Notes under the pieces: generated by a model
The model's input: only the letters and a program-made list of their open reading frames with translations
Databases searched by the model: none
What the model was told of the DNA's origin: nothing
Program-made: the position numbers and the translations under genes
Part shown: positions 9,776 to 20,441 of the stretch, piece after piece
Layout of the letters: each line of letters opens with the position of its first letter
Numbering within the stretch: position 1 is the first letter of the stretch
DNA from: Microcystaceae cyanobacterium
GTDB lineage: Bacteria > Cyanobacteriota > Cyanobacteriia > Cyanobacteriales > Microcystaceae
DNA: 39,632 nt
Reading direction: 5' to 3'
NCBI GenBank assembly: GCA_041746575.1
Contig: JBGTGT010000049.1
Location: forward strand, 1 to 39,632

Positions 9776-9797
9776 AAAAAGGTGGGTCTAACCCACC
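9776..9797 (-). terminator. Intrinsic terminator of the site-2 protease gene
   Basis: Minus strand GGTGGGT-TAG-ACCCACC followed by TTTTT, 26 nt after the stop codon. Confidence 0.7.
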
Positions 9798-9823
9798 GAC
9801 AAGATTTATGAATTCCGCTTTAC

Positions 9824-10948
9824 TTAACGGGTTGCTTCACTAGGAACTTGTTTTTGGAGAAACTGAAGAACTGAGGCTTTTTCCAGTAAACCTAAGACCA
9901 TGCCATTCTCTCCTAAAACCGTTAGCTGAGGCACTTTTTCAGATTCTAGTAATTGAATAACTTCTAATAAAGGTTGAGTCGCTGGCACCGTTTTTAAGCC
10001 CTTTTCAGCCTGAATTAAATCTTTCACTAACACCTCATTCCATTGAGACGTAGAAATGGATTTTAAATCATTAACGGTTAACGTCCCTAAAAGTTTATCT
10101 TCTTCATCCGTGACTAAGAATTTTTGCCATTCCCGTTGACCAATTACATGGTTATTGACGAATTCTCTGAGCGTTAAATCTCCTGAAACAACAGGACTAT
10201 CGGGAATAATTGCATCTTGAGCCGTATAGTCTTTAAGGGTTTCTTGAAACTTCGCAGATTGGGCGGACATTCCCGCATTTTGTAATAAGAAGACGCCAAT
10301 CAATAGAGTCCAAAAATTACCAATTTGACTAATGCCGAGGATAGATAATCCCCCCACTGTAATCGCAATCCAACCAAAAATTTGACCAACACGACTCGCA
10401 AAAATGACGCCTTGATTAGGATTGCCCGTTACTTGCCAGACAATAGATTTTAGGATATTTCCGCCATCTAAAGGCAGTCCCGGAATGAGATTAAATAAAC
10501 CTAGAATTAAGTTTATCGAAGCCAGTAAAGATAAAATTGCTGTTAAAGGTGCTGAAAAAGATACATTTATCCCAATTAACCAGAAAATGAGGAAGAGGAT
10601 AAAGCTGACTGCTGGCCCTGCGATCGCAATCAAAAAAGACTGTAACGGGGTTTCTGCTTCTTTTTCTAAGTTCGCTAATCCCCCAAAGAGAAAAAGGGTA
10701 ATCGAGCGGACACCTACCCCTTGAGAAATCGCGACAAAACTATGTCCTAATTCATGAGCAACAACCGAAGAAAACAACAGCAATGAGGCGACAAATCCGA
10801 GAAACCATGGCATCAATCCATTCAACTGAGGAAAGGTTGCCAGTTGTCCTCCATAGGTTAAAGTCACTAATGCAAAAATGAGAAACCAAGAAGGATTAAT
10901 ATAAAAAGGAATCCCGAATAAATTGCCCACTCTGATGTTATTATTCAT
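9824..10948 (-). CDS. Site-2 protease (peptidase M50) with C-terminal CBS domains
   Basis: HELGH zinc motif, IAIAGP and FNLIPGLPLDGG; CBS-like C-terminus. ATG at 10948 is preceded by GGAGG, so it is preferred over 10963. Confidence 0.92.
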   Translation of the reverse strand: MNNNIRVGNLFGIPFYINPSWFLIFALVTLTYGGQLATFPQLNGLMPWFLGFVASLLLFSSVVAHELGHSFVAISQGVGVRSITLFLFGGLANLEKEAETPLQSFLIAIAGPAVSFILFLIFWLIGINVSFSAPLTAILSLLASINLILGLFNLIPGLPLDGGNILKSIVWQVTGNPNQGVIFASRVGQIFGWIAITVGGLSILGISQIGNFWTLLIGVFLLQNAGMSAQSAKFQETLKDYTAQDAIIPDSPVVSGDLTLREFVNNHVIGQREWQKFLVTDEEDKLLGTLTVNDLKSISTSQWNEVLVKDLIQAEKGLKTVPATQPLLEVIQLLESEKVPQLTVLGENGMVLGLLEKASVLQFLQKQVPSEATR

Positions 10949-11007
10949 GAGGTTAACCTCCAATTTGTGAGCGGTGAACGATTAGCTTTCACCTTAGCTT
11001 TGTTTAT

Positions 11008-11025
11008 ATTGTAACGAAATGTAAA
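11008..11025 (-). promoter_or_regulatory. HLR1 (RpaB-binding) direct repeat overlapping a -10 box
   Basis: Minus strand TTTACATT-TC-GTTACAAT matches (G/T)TTACA(T/A)(T/A)-N2-(G/T)TTACA(T/A)(T/A) exactly. The second half contains TACAAT about 60 nt upstream of the protease ATG. Confidence 0.72.
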
Positions 11026-11284
11026 TCTCCTTTCACACCCCAATTGATCGTAAAATCCGTCCTTAGCGGTTCGGTTTTTAAGGCTTAAAGTTTAATCCCT
11101 TTACCTTGTATTTTACCCCTCAACGATTGGGTTTTCCGTAAGCTCACGGAAATAACTCTGTCCGTTACAATGAGGGCAAGTGTCCTCAGGGACTTTACTG
11201 AAATATGCTTTAAGATAAAGGTTTGAAAGAACCTAATACCGAGACATTTACCCGAGCGTTTGCCTTATTTTACCCCATTGAGCC

Positions 11285-12973
11285 ATGTCTCTCTACCAAA
11301 GTCGCCTACTCCGCTTTCTCAACCGCCATTCTCTCCGTTTTCGAGATCGGATAGGACAAACAGCGCGACAGATTAAGGTGGCAGCAGAATGGGGAGTACA
11401 AATGTTGATTTATCCCGTATACTTGCTGGTGCAAACAGGACGCTTAGCCGGTCAAACACTGGGTAAAAACGTTGATTCTCAGGCACTACCGCCATCTTCT
11501 GACCCCAATTCTCATTCTATCCCTGTTGATCAACCCATTGAACGAATTTTGTCCCTTGTTAATCCTTGGTTAACCCTAAATTTAACCTCTGTCTCTGCCA
11601 CCCCTACCCTAGAGCAACGCTCTGATCAAATTCAAGAACGGGTACAAATGGCTTTACCCGATCGTAAACTTTCTTTAGATTCTCCTTTGCCGTGGGTGGA
11701 TCAAGTGGCATCTAAACTCAAACAGGTCATTGGCGGCAATTCTAGCCCCAAATTAGCGATTCAAGGGGTCGCCAGTACCCTAGACGATCATCAACTGGTG
11801 CTAGTCACGACTCAAAATGAACCCCTTAACCTGCTCAGCGAAGAACAGCAAAAAAATCTAGAAAAACGTATTAAAGCAGAACTCGCCAATTTTTACTACG
11901 AAAAACGGCTATATAATCTTATTGGTCGTCATTTTCCTAGTTTAATTCCCCAATTTACTGAAAAAAATCAACAAGTGTCTCCTCCTATTCGTTGGTTTTG
12001 GCAAACGATGCGGTGGGTACAAACCAGTGATGTCGCGATCGCACTTAACCTTTTTGGCGAATCTTCCCTCGTCCGCCTTTCGACGGCTAAACCTACCCTC
12101 AAACCAAATCCTGATTTCCCACAGGGAGAATGGGGAGAAAAGGAAGTAATAAACTCAAAAACAGTTAATAAACTCAATTTATCTCAACTTAACGCCCTCA
12201 TTCAGTCAGCGATTGATTATTTTTATGGGGGATTGCGCCAATCCTCCTTAGCCAATTCTCCCATCGTACAGAGTTTACCCGAAGCGTCTTTACTAATTCA
12301 GCAGAAATTGCAGAAAACCGCCGAATATTCCCAAGAAAAGTGGCTAAAACCTGCTAATTTTAAATTAAAAAAGCTGAGTAAACACATTTATCAAAAAACG
12401 GAAGAACCTGATCCTTTTCGTTTGCAAGCGATTGTCGAAGCAGCGATCGCTCATTTTTTTACTCGTACTTCACCCTCAAACGTTAAAGGAAATCACCCCT
12501 ATCCCAATCAACTATCCTCTTCAGAATTAGAAGATCCGTGGTTAACGCCAGAAGACCTTTTTCCGGTGATTCTAGAGGCCAAAACAGTCGAAGAATCGCC
12601 AACATTAAGCTTACCTCAATCCGCGCCGTTACCCAATTTCCCCCAATCCTTAAAACCCATTTCTTCCCCTCAAGCCATCCAAAGCGTTACTCCTCAACCG
12701 AAAGCGATGCTTAAAAATCAATCTCAATCTACGGTTCTTTTAGAATCCTCTACAATTGAGAAAAATCAAGTATCCTCCTCTTGGCTAAAGCCAGAAAATT
12801 CGACTTCTCAAAATATTGAATTTTCAGCAGATTGGATGGAAACTGAGGTGAAAGCGATCGGTTATGTTAAACATCCCTTAGAACAATTATTAAATGGCTT
12901 AGATAAAGTGATTCTTTGGCTAGAAGAAATAATTGTCAAACTGTGGCGGCAGGTACAAAAATTGCTCTCATAA
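11285..12973 (+). CDS. Hypothetical protein, Pro/Ser-rich, cyanobacterial type
   Basis: 562-aa ORF with host-like composition and two HIP1 sites; no recognised catalytic motif. Confidence 0.75.
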   Translation: MSLYQSRLLRFLNRHSLRFRDRIGQTARQIKVAAEWGVQMLIYPVYLLVQTGRLAGQTLGKNVDSQALPPSSDPNSHSIPVDQPIERILSLVNPWLTLNLTSVSATPTLEQRSDQIQERVQMALPDRKLSLDSPLPWVDQVASKLKQVIGGNSSPKLAIQGVASTLDDHQLVLVTTQNEPLNLLSEEQQKNLEKRIKAELANFYYEKRLYNLIGRHFPSLIPQFTEKNQQVSPPIRWFWQTMRWVQTSDVAIALNLFGESSLVRLSTAKPTLKPNPDFPQGEWGEKEVINSKTVNKLNLSQLNALIQSAIDYFYGGLRQSSLANSPIVQSLPEASLLIQQKLQKTAEYSQEKWLKPANFKLKKLSKHIYQKTEEPDPFRLQAIVEAAIAHFFTRTSPSNVKGNHPYPNQLSSSELEDPWLTPEDLFPVILEAKTVEESPTLSLPQSAPLPNFPQSLKPISSPQAIQSVTPQPKAMLKNQSQSTVLLESSTIEKNQVSSSWLKPENSTSQNIEFSADWMETEVKAIGYVKHPLEQLLNGLDKVILWLEEIIVKLWRQVQKLLS

Positions 12974-13173
12974 ATTCAGATCAATCATTATCTATTACGA
13001 TTTTATTACAATCGCTAGTCGGTTGGGTTGACACGATCAAGCCTCCTGCCTTTTCAGAACCGAATCATTTCTTAACCCGAACTCAGGTTAAAATAATAAC
13101 ACCCTTCCATCAAAGAGTAATCATTGCCTCCTGATGGGGTAATATCAAGCCTTATCGTTAGCAAGCAACTTCT

Positions 13174-15972
13174 ATGTTTAAAGCATTATTAGGCGATCCC
13201 AACGCGCGAAAAATCAAGAAACTTCAACCTCTCGTCACAGACATTAACCTTTTGGAAGAAGATATTAAGAAATTATCCGATGATGAACTCAAACAAAAGA
13301 CGATCGCCTTTAAGGATGCGTTAGATCAAGCCAATAACGACGAAGAACTGGCCGACATTCTCGATGAAATCCTGCCAGAAGCTTTTGCCGTGGTGCGGGA
13401 AGCCTCGATCCGAGTATTAGGAATGCGTCATTTTGACGTGCAGTTGTTGGGGGGAATGGTACTTCATCAAGGACAAATTTCTGAAATGAAGACAGGGGAA
13501 GGAAAAACCCTCGTATCAACCCTTCCTGCCTATTTAAACGGTTTAACGGGCAAAGGAGTCCATATCGTTACGGTAAACGACTATTTGGCTCGACGGGATG
13601 CGGAATGGATGGGACAAGTTCATCGTTTCTTAGGGTTAACCGTAGGCTTAATTCAATCGGGCATGAACCCAGAGGAACGTAAAAAGAACTATGCTTGTGA
13701 TATTACTTATACAACGAACAGTGAACTGGGATTTGACTATTTACGGGATAATATGGCTTCTTCGATGCAGGAAGTGGTACAACGTCCTTTCCATTTTTGT
13801 ATTATTGACGAAGTAGATTCAGTCTTGATTGATGAAGCCCGTACCCCTTTGATTATTTCCGGTCAAATCGAACGTCCGACCGAAAAATACATGAAAGCGG
13901 CGGCGATTGTCGAACAACTACAGCCAGAAATTCATTATGAAGTGGACGAAAAAGCGCGAAACGTCATCTTGACAGACTATGGTGAAGATAATGGCTATGA
14001 TAAGGCAGAACAGTTGCTGAAAGTGCAAGATTTATATGATCCAGAGAATCCTTGGGCGCATTATATTATCAATGCGATTAAAGCCAAAGAACTTTTTAAA
14101 AAAGATGTGAATTATATTGTCCGTAATGATGAAGTGGTGATTGTAGATGAATTCACAGGACGAGTCTTACCCGGCAGACGATGGAGTGATGGCATTCACC
14201 AAGCAATTGAAGCCAAAGAAGGGGTGACGATTCAGAAAGAAACCCAAACCTTAGCGTCGATTACCTATCAAAACTTCTTTCTACTGTACCCTAAACTGTC
14301 TGGGATGACCGGAACAGCAAAAACCGAAGAAACCGAACTTGAAAAAGTCTATAACATCCAAGTCACTATTATTCCCACCAATCGCCCTTCCCGACGACAG
14401 GACTTGTCCGATGTTGTGTACAAAAACGAACCCGCCAAATGGAATGCCGTAGCCGCCGAATGTGCCGAACTTCATCAATTGGGAAGACCGATGTTGATTG
14501 GGACAACCAGTGTCGAAAAATCAGAGGTTTTGGCGCAATTACTGCGAGAAATGGAGATTCCTCATAACATTCTCAATGCTCGTCCCGAAAACGTGGAAAG
14601 GGAGTCGGAAATCGTGGCTCAAGCGGGGCGTAAAGGGGCAGTCACGATCGCGACTAACATGGCAGGACGAGGAACAGATATTATTTTAGGAGGAAATGCT
14701 GATTATATGGCACGGTTGAAGATTCGGGAGTATTTAATGCCGAAAGTCGTGCAACCCGAAGAAGACGAACTAGTAGCCAGTCTTCCCAGTATAGGGGGAC
14801 GCAATCGCCCGCAAGGGTTCGGCAATAGTAAAAAACTTAAGTCATGGAAAGCATCTCCTGATATTTTTCCAACGGAACTTTCAAAAGACACTGAAACCCT
14901 CTTAAAAGAGGTGGTTCACTTTGCAGTGGATACCTACGGAGAACAAACGTTATCAGAGTTAGAAGCCGATGAAAAGGTCGCGATCGCCTCAGAAAACGCC
15001 CCCACCGATGACCCTGTGATTCAAAAACTACGGGACGTTTATCAAGCCATTCGGGGGGAATATGAAGCCTTAACCAGTCAAGAACATAATGAGGTGGTTC
15101 AACTCGGCGGTTTACACGTTATTGGAACAGAACGGCATGAATCTCGACGAATTGACAACCAATTACGAGGACGGGCAGGAAGACAGGGTGACCCCGGCTC
15201 AACTCGCTTCTTCTTAAGCTTAGAAGATAATTTATTACGGATTTTCGGCGGCGACAGAGTAGCAGGGTTGATGAATGCCTTCCGCGTTGAGGAAGATATG
15301 CCGATTGAATCGGGAATGTTAACCCGTTCTCTCGAAGGAGCGCAAAAAAAGGTAGAAACTTTCTATTACGACACCCGTAAGCAGGTTTTTGAATACGACG
15401 AGGTTATGAACAATCAGCGTCGTGCCATCTACGCCGAACGTCGTCGGGTATTAGAGGGGTTAGACCTCAAAGAGCAGGTGTTACAATATGCTGAAAAGAC
15501 GATGGATGAAATTGTCGATGCCTATGTGAATCCTGAATTACCGCCCGAAGAATGGAATTTGGAGGGATTATTGGGTAAAGCGAAGGAATTTGTTTATTTA
15601 CTAGAAGACCTTAACATAGAAGACATTCAAGACATGACGGTCAATGAATTGAAAATCTTTCTGCATGAGGAAGTCCGCAAAGCTTATGATATCAAAGAGG
15701 CACAAGTAGATAAAGTTCGTCCCGGTTTGATGCGAGAAGCAGAACGGTACTTTATTTTGACGCAAATTGACACCCTCTGGCGAGAACATTTACAGACGAT
15801 GGACGCCTTAAGAGATGCGATCGGTTTACGGGGCTACGGACAAAAAGATCCTCTAATTGAGTATAAACAGGAGGGTTATGAAATGTTCTTAGAAATGATG
15901 ATCGATATTCGTCGCAATGTCGTTTATAACCTCTTCCAATTCCAACCGCAACCGCAACCACAAACGGTTTAA
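13174..15972 (+). CDS. secA: Preprotein translocase ATPase SecA
   Basis: [39 protein letters not shown] and [23 protein letters not shown]; cyanobacterial/plastid-type insertion; no C-terminal zinc finger. Confidence 0.99.
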   Translation: MFKALLGDPNARKIKKLQPLVTDINLLEEDIKKLSDDELKQKTIAFKDALDQANNDEELADILDEILPEAFAVVREASIRVLGMRHFDVQLLGGMVLHQGQISEMKTGEGKTLVSTLPAYLNGLTGKGVHIVTVNDYLARRDAEWMGQVHRFLGLTVGLIQSGMNPEERKKNYACDITYTTNSELGFDYLRDNMASSMQEVVQRPFHFCIIDEVDSVLIDEARTPLIISGQIERPTEKYMKAAAIVEQLQPEIHYEVDEKARNVILTDYGEDNGYDKAEQLLKVQDLYDPENPWAHYIINAIKAKELFKKDVNYIVRNDEVVIVDEFTGRVLPGRRWSDGIHQAIEAKEGVTIQKETQTLASITYQNFFLLYPKLSGMTGTAKTEETELEKVYNIQVTIIPTNRPSRRQDLSDVVYKNEPAKWNAVAAECAELHQLGRPMLIGTTSVEKSEVLAQLLREMEIPHNILNARPENVERESEIVAQAGRKGAVTIATNMAGRGTDIILGGNADYMARLKIREYLMPKVVQPEEDELVASLPSIGGRNRPQGFGNSKKLKSWKASPDIFPTELSKDTETLLKEVVHFAVDTYGEQTLSELEADEKVAIASENAPTDDPVIQKLRDVYQAIRGEYEALTSQEHNEVVQLGGLHVIGTERHESRRIDNQLRGRAGRQGDPGSTRFFLSLEDNLLRIFGGDRVAGLMNAFRVEEDMPIESGMLTRSLEGAQKKVETFYYDTRKQVFEYDEVMNNQRRAIYAERRRVLEGLDLKEQVLQYAEKTMDEIVDAYVNPELPPEEWNLEGLLGKAKEFVYLLEDLNIEDIQDMTVNELKIFLHEEVRKAYDIKEAQVDKVRPGLMREAERYFILTQIDTLWREHLQTMDALRDAIGLRGYGQKDPLIEYKQEGYEMFLEMMIDIRRNVVYNLFQFQPQPQPQTV

Positions 15973-16105
15973 TTGAAGAAAGATAGAAACTGGATTAGGA
16001 TCAATCGCCGTCAACTCTTGCAAAATAAAAGGTAATTTAAGGATCTGCTTATTATTAAGTTCATATCTCTAAAATCATGATAACCATACTAAGGCAATCC
16101 TCCTG

Positions 16106-19100
16106 ATGAAACCAAAGCAACCCTCCCAGAAAAATCCTCAACTCAACACGGCGAATGAAGAGCCTGATAGAGAGCAAGAGGACTCTGGCAATGGACTATT
16201 CCCTGTCGTCGGAATTGGAGCCTCGGCGGGAGGATTAGACGCATTCAGGCAGTTACTGAGCGATCTGCCAAACGATACGGGTATGGCATTTGTGCTGATT
16301 CAGCACTTAGATCCCAACCAAAAGAGCCTGTTGACAGAGATTCTCTCTAGGGAAACCGCAATGCCTGTGGTTGAGGTGCGCAATGGCATGGCAGTAGAGC
16401 CGAACTGTGTTTATGTGATTCCGCCCAATACGAAGATGGTCATTGCTCAGGGCGTACTCAAACTAACCCCGCGTGAGAAACCTCTTGGAATCGTCATGCC
16501 CATCGATAGCTTCTTTTTTTCATTGGCAGAAGACCGGGACAACAAGGCGATCGCTGTCGTGCTGTCAGGAGGCAATGGCGATGGCGCACGGGGACTCGAA
16601 GCCGTCAAAGAAGCTGGGGGTATCACGTTTGCTCAGTGTGAGGACTCAGCCGAAGTCAGCAGTATGCCCAACACGGCGGTTGCCACAGGACAGGTAGATT
16701 TCGTCCTGCCGCCACAGGAAATCGCCGAGGAACTGGCAAAAATCAGCCGTCATCCCTATGTCGCTCACCCAAAGGCTGCTAGAGCCGTTGAAGCACTCTC
16801 GGCAGGTGAGACTGCCCTGCAAACTATCTTTGCGCTACTGCGGGCGGCGACAGGGGTTGATTTTACCTTTTATAAAGACACCACCTTAAAGCGGCGAATT
16901 CTGCGGCGGATGGTATTGTATCGGCTGGAAAGTCTAGAGGAATATGCCTCCTACTTGTGGAAACACCCGATGGAAGTGCGGGCATTGTACAAAGATATGT
17001 TGATCAATGTTACTCGTTTCTTTCGCGATTCGGACGTCTTTGAGAGCTTAAAAAGCAAGGTATTTCCGATTATTACCAGAGATAAAACGCCTGGAATGCC
17101 GATCCGCATCTGGGTAGCAGGATGTTCAACTGGGGAAGAAGCGTACTCGATTGCCATTTGCTTATTGGAGTTCTTGGAAAACCAGCCCATCAAGCCACCG
17201 ATCCAGATTTATGCCACCGATATTAGTGAGATGGTGATCGAAAAAGCGAGGGCAGGTTTTTATCAGCAAAGCTTGGTCGCGGATGTCTCCCCAGGACGTC
17301 TCCAGCGTTTCTTTGTGCCGATCGAGGGAGGGTACCAGATCAGCCCGTCTGTGCGTGAACTGTGTGTCTTCGCCAAACAAAACCTAGCTAGCGATCCACC
17401 CTTTTCTCGGCTCGACCTGATTAGCTGTCGCAACGTGCTAATTTATTTGGGCGCGGCGTTGCAGAAAAAGATTCTGCCCATCTTCCACTATGGACTCAAA
17501 CCAACGGGCTTTCTGATGTTAGGGACTTCGGAAACGATTGGGGAAGCATCAGACTTATTTACGGTCGTCGACAAAAAGCACAAGCTTTATGCCCGCAAGT
17601 TAGTCCCTGCGCGGCTGACCTTGGAGCTAATCGCCAACAACTATCCCCCTACGACTGACCTTGACGCTAATAACGCGACTACAAGTAACTTCGACTTGCA
17701 AAAAGAGGCAGACCAGATTGTTTTAGAGCAGTATGCTCCAGCCGGTGTCATTATTAACGATGATTTAGAGATTCTGCATTTTCGCGGACAGACTCGTTTC
17801 TATCTAGAACCTGCTCCGGGTAGAGCCAGCCTCAATCTGCTCAAAATGATAAAAGACAGCTTGAAATTAGAGTCTCGTGCCGCCATCCATCAAGCAAAAA
17901 AGCAGGGAGTGCCAGTGAGAAAGGACGGCTTGCAGAGCCAAGAAGGGGAGCAGGTCAGACAAGTCAGCATCAGTGTCATTCCGTTCAAAGCGCGTAACTT
18001 CCAAGAACGCTACTTTTTAGTGCTTTTTGAAGAAAGCTTACCCCCAGCCGCAATCCCTCAATCAACGGAGGCTAGCGAAACCGAACCTCAGCAGAGCAAC
18101 CAAACGAGTGACAAGCAAGAAAATGCCCGACTCAAGCAGGAGCTAGCCAGCAACAAAGAGTATCTGCGCTCAATTATTGAGGAGCAAGAAGCCACCAATC
18201 AAGACTTAAGAGCGGCAAATGAAGAGATCCTGTCTAGCAATGAGGAGTTGCAGAGCAGTAACGAGGAACTGGGAACCGCCAAAGAGGAAATTCAGGCTAC
18301 CAATGAAGAACTCAACACCATTAATGATGAATTACAGCGGCGGAATCAGGAGTCAACAAAAGTTAGCAGCGATTTGCAGAATTTCATCAGCAGTACGAAT
18401 ATTCCGATCCTGATGCTGGGCAACGATCTTCAGATCCGACGCTTCACCCCGCTCGCTCAAAGCATTCTACACCTGATTCCTAGCGATGTTGGCAGACCGC
18501 TGGGAGACATCAATCACAGTTTGAATGTGCCGGACTTGGCGTCACAGATTTTAGACGTGATTAATACTCTCACCCCTAGAGAACAGGAGGTTCAAGACCA
18601 AGGGGGGCATTGGTATGACCTGCGAATCCGCCCCTATCGCTCGATTGATAACAAGATTGAGGGGGCAGTGGTGATATTGGTTGATATTGATATCCTTAAA
18701 CGGAGCCTAGAACAGATTGAATTCTCCCGCAATTATGCGGAAGCGATCGTCGAGACCGTCCGAGAACCCCTGATTGTGCTAGACAGCAACTTGCGAGTGC
18801 GGACGGCAAATCAGTCGTTCTACCAGACATTCCAAGTTACAATCGCCGAGACAGAGCAGCAATCGCTCTTTGAGCTAGGCAGTAGTCAGTGGAATATTCC
18901 TCGATTGAGAGAGAGACTGGCGGCAATTCTACTCAATGACATCCCTCTGCAAGATTTTGAGGTCGAGCATGACTTCGCTCGCATCGGACACAAAATCATG
19001 CTACTCAATGCCCGGACGATGACTCAAGTTGAAGAGGGCAAGTGCATTTTACTGGCCATTGAGGACGTCACAGCGCGCAAACGGCTGGAGGTAAAACTCA

Positions 19101-20335
19101 ACCAAACGCTGATTCAAGAACAGTCAGCCCGCAATGAAGCGCAAAGAGCAAATTGCGCCAAGGATGAGTTTTTATCGATGGTCTCTCACGAACTCCGCAA
19201 TCCCCTTAATGCCATGCTGGGTTGGGCGCGGTTGCTTCGTACTCGGGAGCTTGGCGAAGCCAAAACCACTCAGGCCCTTGAGATCATCGAGCGGAGTGCC
19301 ATGGCACAAAACCGACTGATCGGAGATCTATTAGACATCGCCCGTATTACTTCAGGAAAGTTGCGTTTGAACGCCCGTCCGCTTGATCTCACTTTGGTCA
19401 TTGAAGCAGCACTCGACGTTGTACGGATCTCAGCAGAGGCTAAGCAGATTCAGATCGAATCTAGGCTTGAGCCTGCGACTAAACTATTCGTAGGGGATAG
19501 CGAGCGTTTACAGCAAGTGTTCTGGAACTTGTTGACAAATGCCATCAAATTTACGCCCACCGAAGGACAAGTTCAAGTTGACCTCGCCTACCTTGATGCT
19601 CAAGTCCAAATCACGGTTAGCGATACAGGGTGTGGCATCAGTGCTGACTTTTTGCCTTATGTATTCGAGCGATTCCGTCAAGCAGATGGCGTCCCCACGC
19701 AGTCCAATCAGGGTCTGGGCTTGGGATTGTCGATTGTGCGCCGTATAGTAGAGCTTCACGGCGGTACGATAGAGGTTGAAAGTCCGGGTAGAGAACAAGG
19801 CGCAACGTTTACTGTCAGGCTACCGCTACGAGCGAGTCCGGAAAAGACGAGGTCACTGGATGTTTCGGCAACGGCTACCCCAACCGACGAAATCGAAGAA
19901 TCTGCCGAAGACGTTCCTTTGCTAGTCGATGTGCGGGTTTTGATGGTAGATGATGAGGCGGATACCCTTCAATTATTTACAACAGTGCTGGAACAGTTTG
20001 GTGCTACGGTGACGGCAGTGGCATCTGCGAGAGAGGCGATCACCTCTCTTACGGCAAATCCTAAGAACTATGACGTGCTTTTATCCGACATCAGTATGCC
20101 GGAGGAGGATGGCTATACGCTCATTCGTCAAGTCAGGGCACTCAGTGCTGAATCAGGGGGACAGATCCCTGCCGCTGCCCTAACTGCCTTAGCTAGCAAC
20201 GCTGATCGACAAGCCGCGATCGCCGCAGGCTTTCAACTTCACCTCGCTAAACCGATTAAACCGAGTCAATTAGCATTTTTCGTGGCAAAGTTAGCGGGAC
20301 GCACCAGAAATCGCAGTATAAATACTCATTTTTGA
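16106..20335 (+). CDS. CheB-CheR-PAS-coiled coil-PAS-histidine kinase-receiver fusion (MAC1-type methyl-accepting hybrid kinase)
   Basis: CheB catalytic motifs GASAGG, IQHL, LSGGNGDG; CheR VAGCSTGEEAYS, DLISCRNVLIY; heptad NEELQSSNEEL; H-box SHELRNPLN; N-box NAIKFT; DTGCGI; GLGLGL; receiver VDDE, SDISMP, KP. Confidence 0.93.
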   Translation: MKPKQPSQKNPQLNTANEEPDREQEDSGNGLFPVVGIGASAGGLDAFRQLLSDLPNDTGMAFVLIQHLDPNQKSLLTEILSRETAMPVVEVRNGMAVEPNCVYVIPPNTKMVIAQGVLKLTPREKPLGIVMPIDSFFFSLAEDRDNKAIAVVLSGGNGDGARGLEAVKEAGGITFAQCEDSAEVSSMPNTAVATGQVDFVLPPQEIAEELAKISRHPYVAHPKAARAVEALSAGETALQTIFALLRAATGVDFTFYKDTTLKRRILRRMVLYRLESLEEYASYLWKHPMEVRALYKDMLINVTRFFRDSDVFESLKSKVFPIITRDKTPGMPIRIWVAGCSTGEEAYSIAICLLEFLENQPIKPPIQIYATDISEMVIEKARAGFYQQSLVADVSPGRLQRFFVPIEGGYQISPSVRELCVFAKQNLASDPPFSRLDLISCRNVLIYLGAALQKKILPIFHYGLKPTGFLMLGTSETIGEASDLFTVVDKKHKLYARKLVPARLTLELIANNYPPTTDLDANNATTSNFDLQKEADQIVLEQYAPAGVIINDDLEILHFRGQTRFYLEPAPGRASLNLLKMIKDSLKLESRAAIHQAKKQGVPVRKDGLQSQEGEQVRQVSISVIPFKARNFQERYFLVLFEESLPPAAIPQSTEASETEPQQSNQTSDKQENARLKQELASNKEYLRSIIEEQEATNQDLRAANEEILSSNEELQSSNEELGTAKEEIQATNEELNTINDELQRRNQESTKVSSDLQNFISSTNIPILMLGNDLQIRRFTPLAQSILHLIPSDVGRPLGDINHSLNVPDLASQILDVINTLTPREQEVQDQGGHWYDLRIRPYRSIDNKIEGAVVILVDIDILKRSLEQIEFSRNYAEAIVETVREPLIVLDSNLRVRTANQSFYQTFQVTIAETEQQSLFELGSSQWNIPRLRERLAAILLNDIPLQDFEVEHDFARIGHKIMLLNARTMTQVEEGKCILLAIEDVTARKRLEVKLNQTLIQEQSARNEAQRANCAKDEFLSMVSHELRNPLNAMLGWARLLRTRELGEAKTTQALEIIERSAMAQNRLIGDLLDIARITSGKLRLNARPLDLTLVIEAALDVVRISAEAKQIQIESRLEPATKLFVGDSERLQQVFWNLLTNAIKFTPTEGQVQVDLAYLDAQVQITVSDTGCGISADFLPYVFERFRQADGVPTQSNQGLGLGLSIVRRIVELHGGTIEVESPGREQGATFTVRLPLRASPEKTRSLDVSATATPTDEIEESAEDVPLLVDVRVLMVDDEADTLQLFTTVLEQFGATVTAVASAREAITSLTANPKNYDVLLSDISMPEEDGYTLIRQVRALSAESGGQIPAAALTALASNADRQAAIAAGFQLHLAKPIKPSQLAFFVAKLAGRTRNRSINTHF

Positions 20336-20441
20336 ACGTTTTGCCAGCAAAGCATTTTGGGCTACGTTATCTGGCTTTTTGTAGGGTGAACGTCTTTGCA
20401 CTCATTCGCTTTAAGATAAAGACAAGGGAGGAGACGCACCA

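Noticed and set aside
11133..11151. Hairpin TTCCGT-AAGCTC-ACGGAA in the divergent promoter region as an sRNA
   Set aside because: Single short stem with no recognisable RNA family or terminator context.
15943..15963. CAACCG tandem repeat at the secA 3' end
   Set aside because: It simply encodes the QPQPQPQ tail; too short to suggest phase variation.
16473..19798. Several 60-96 aa alternative-frame ORFs inside the kinase gene (similar ones lie inside secA, ligA, ubiD and the ABC genes)
   Set aside because: They fully overlap well-supported genes, show no motifs, and are expected by chance, especially in GC-richer DNA.
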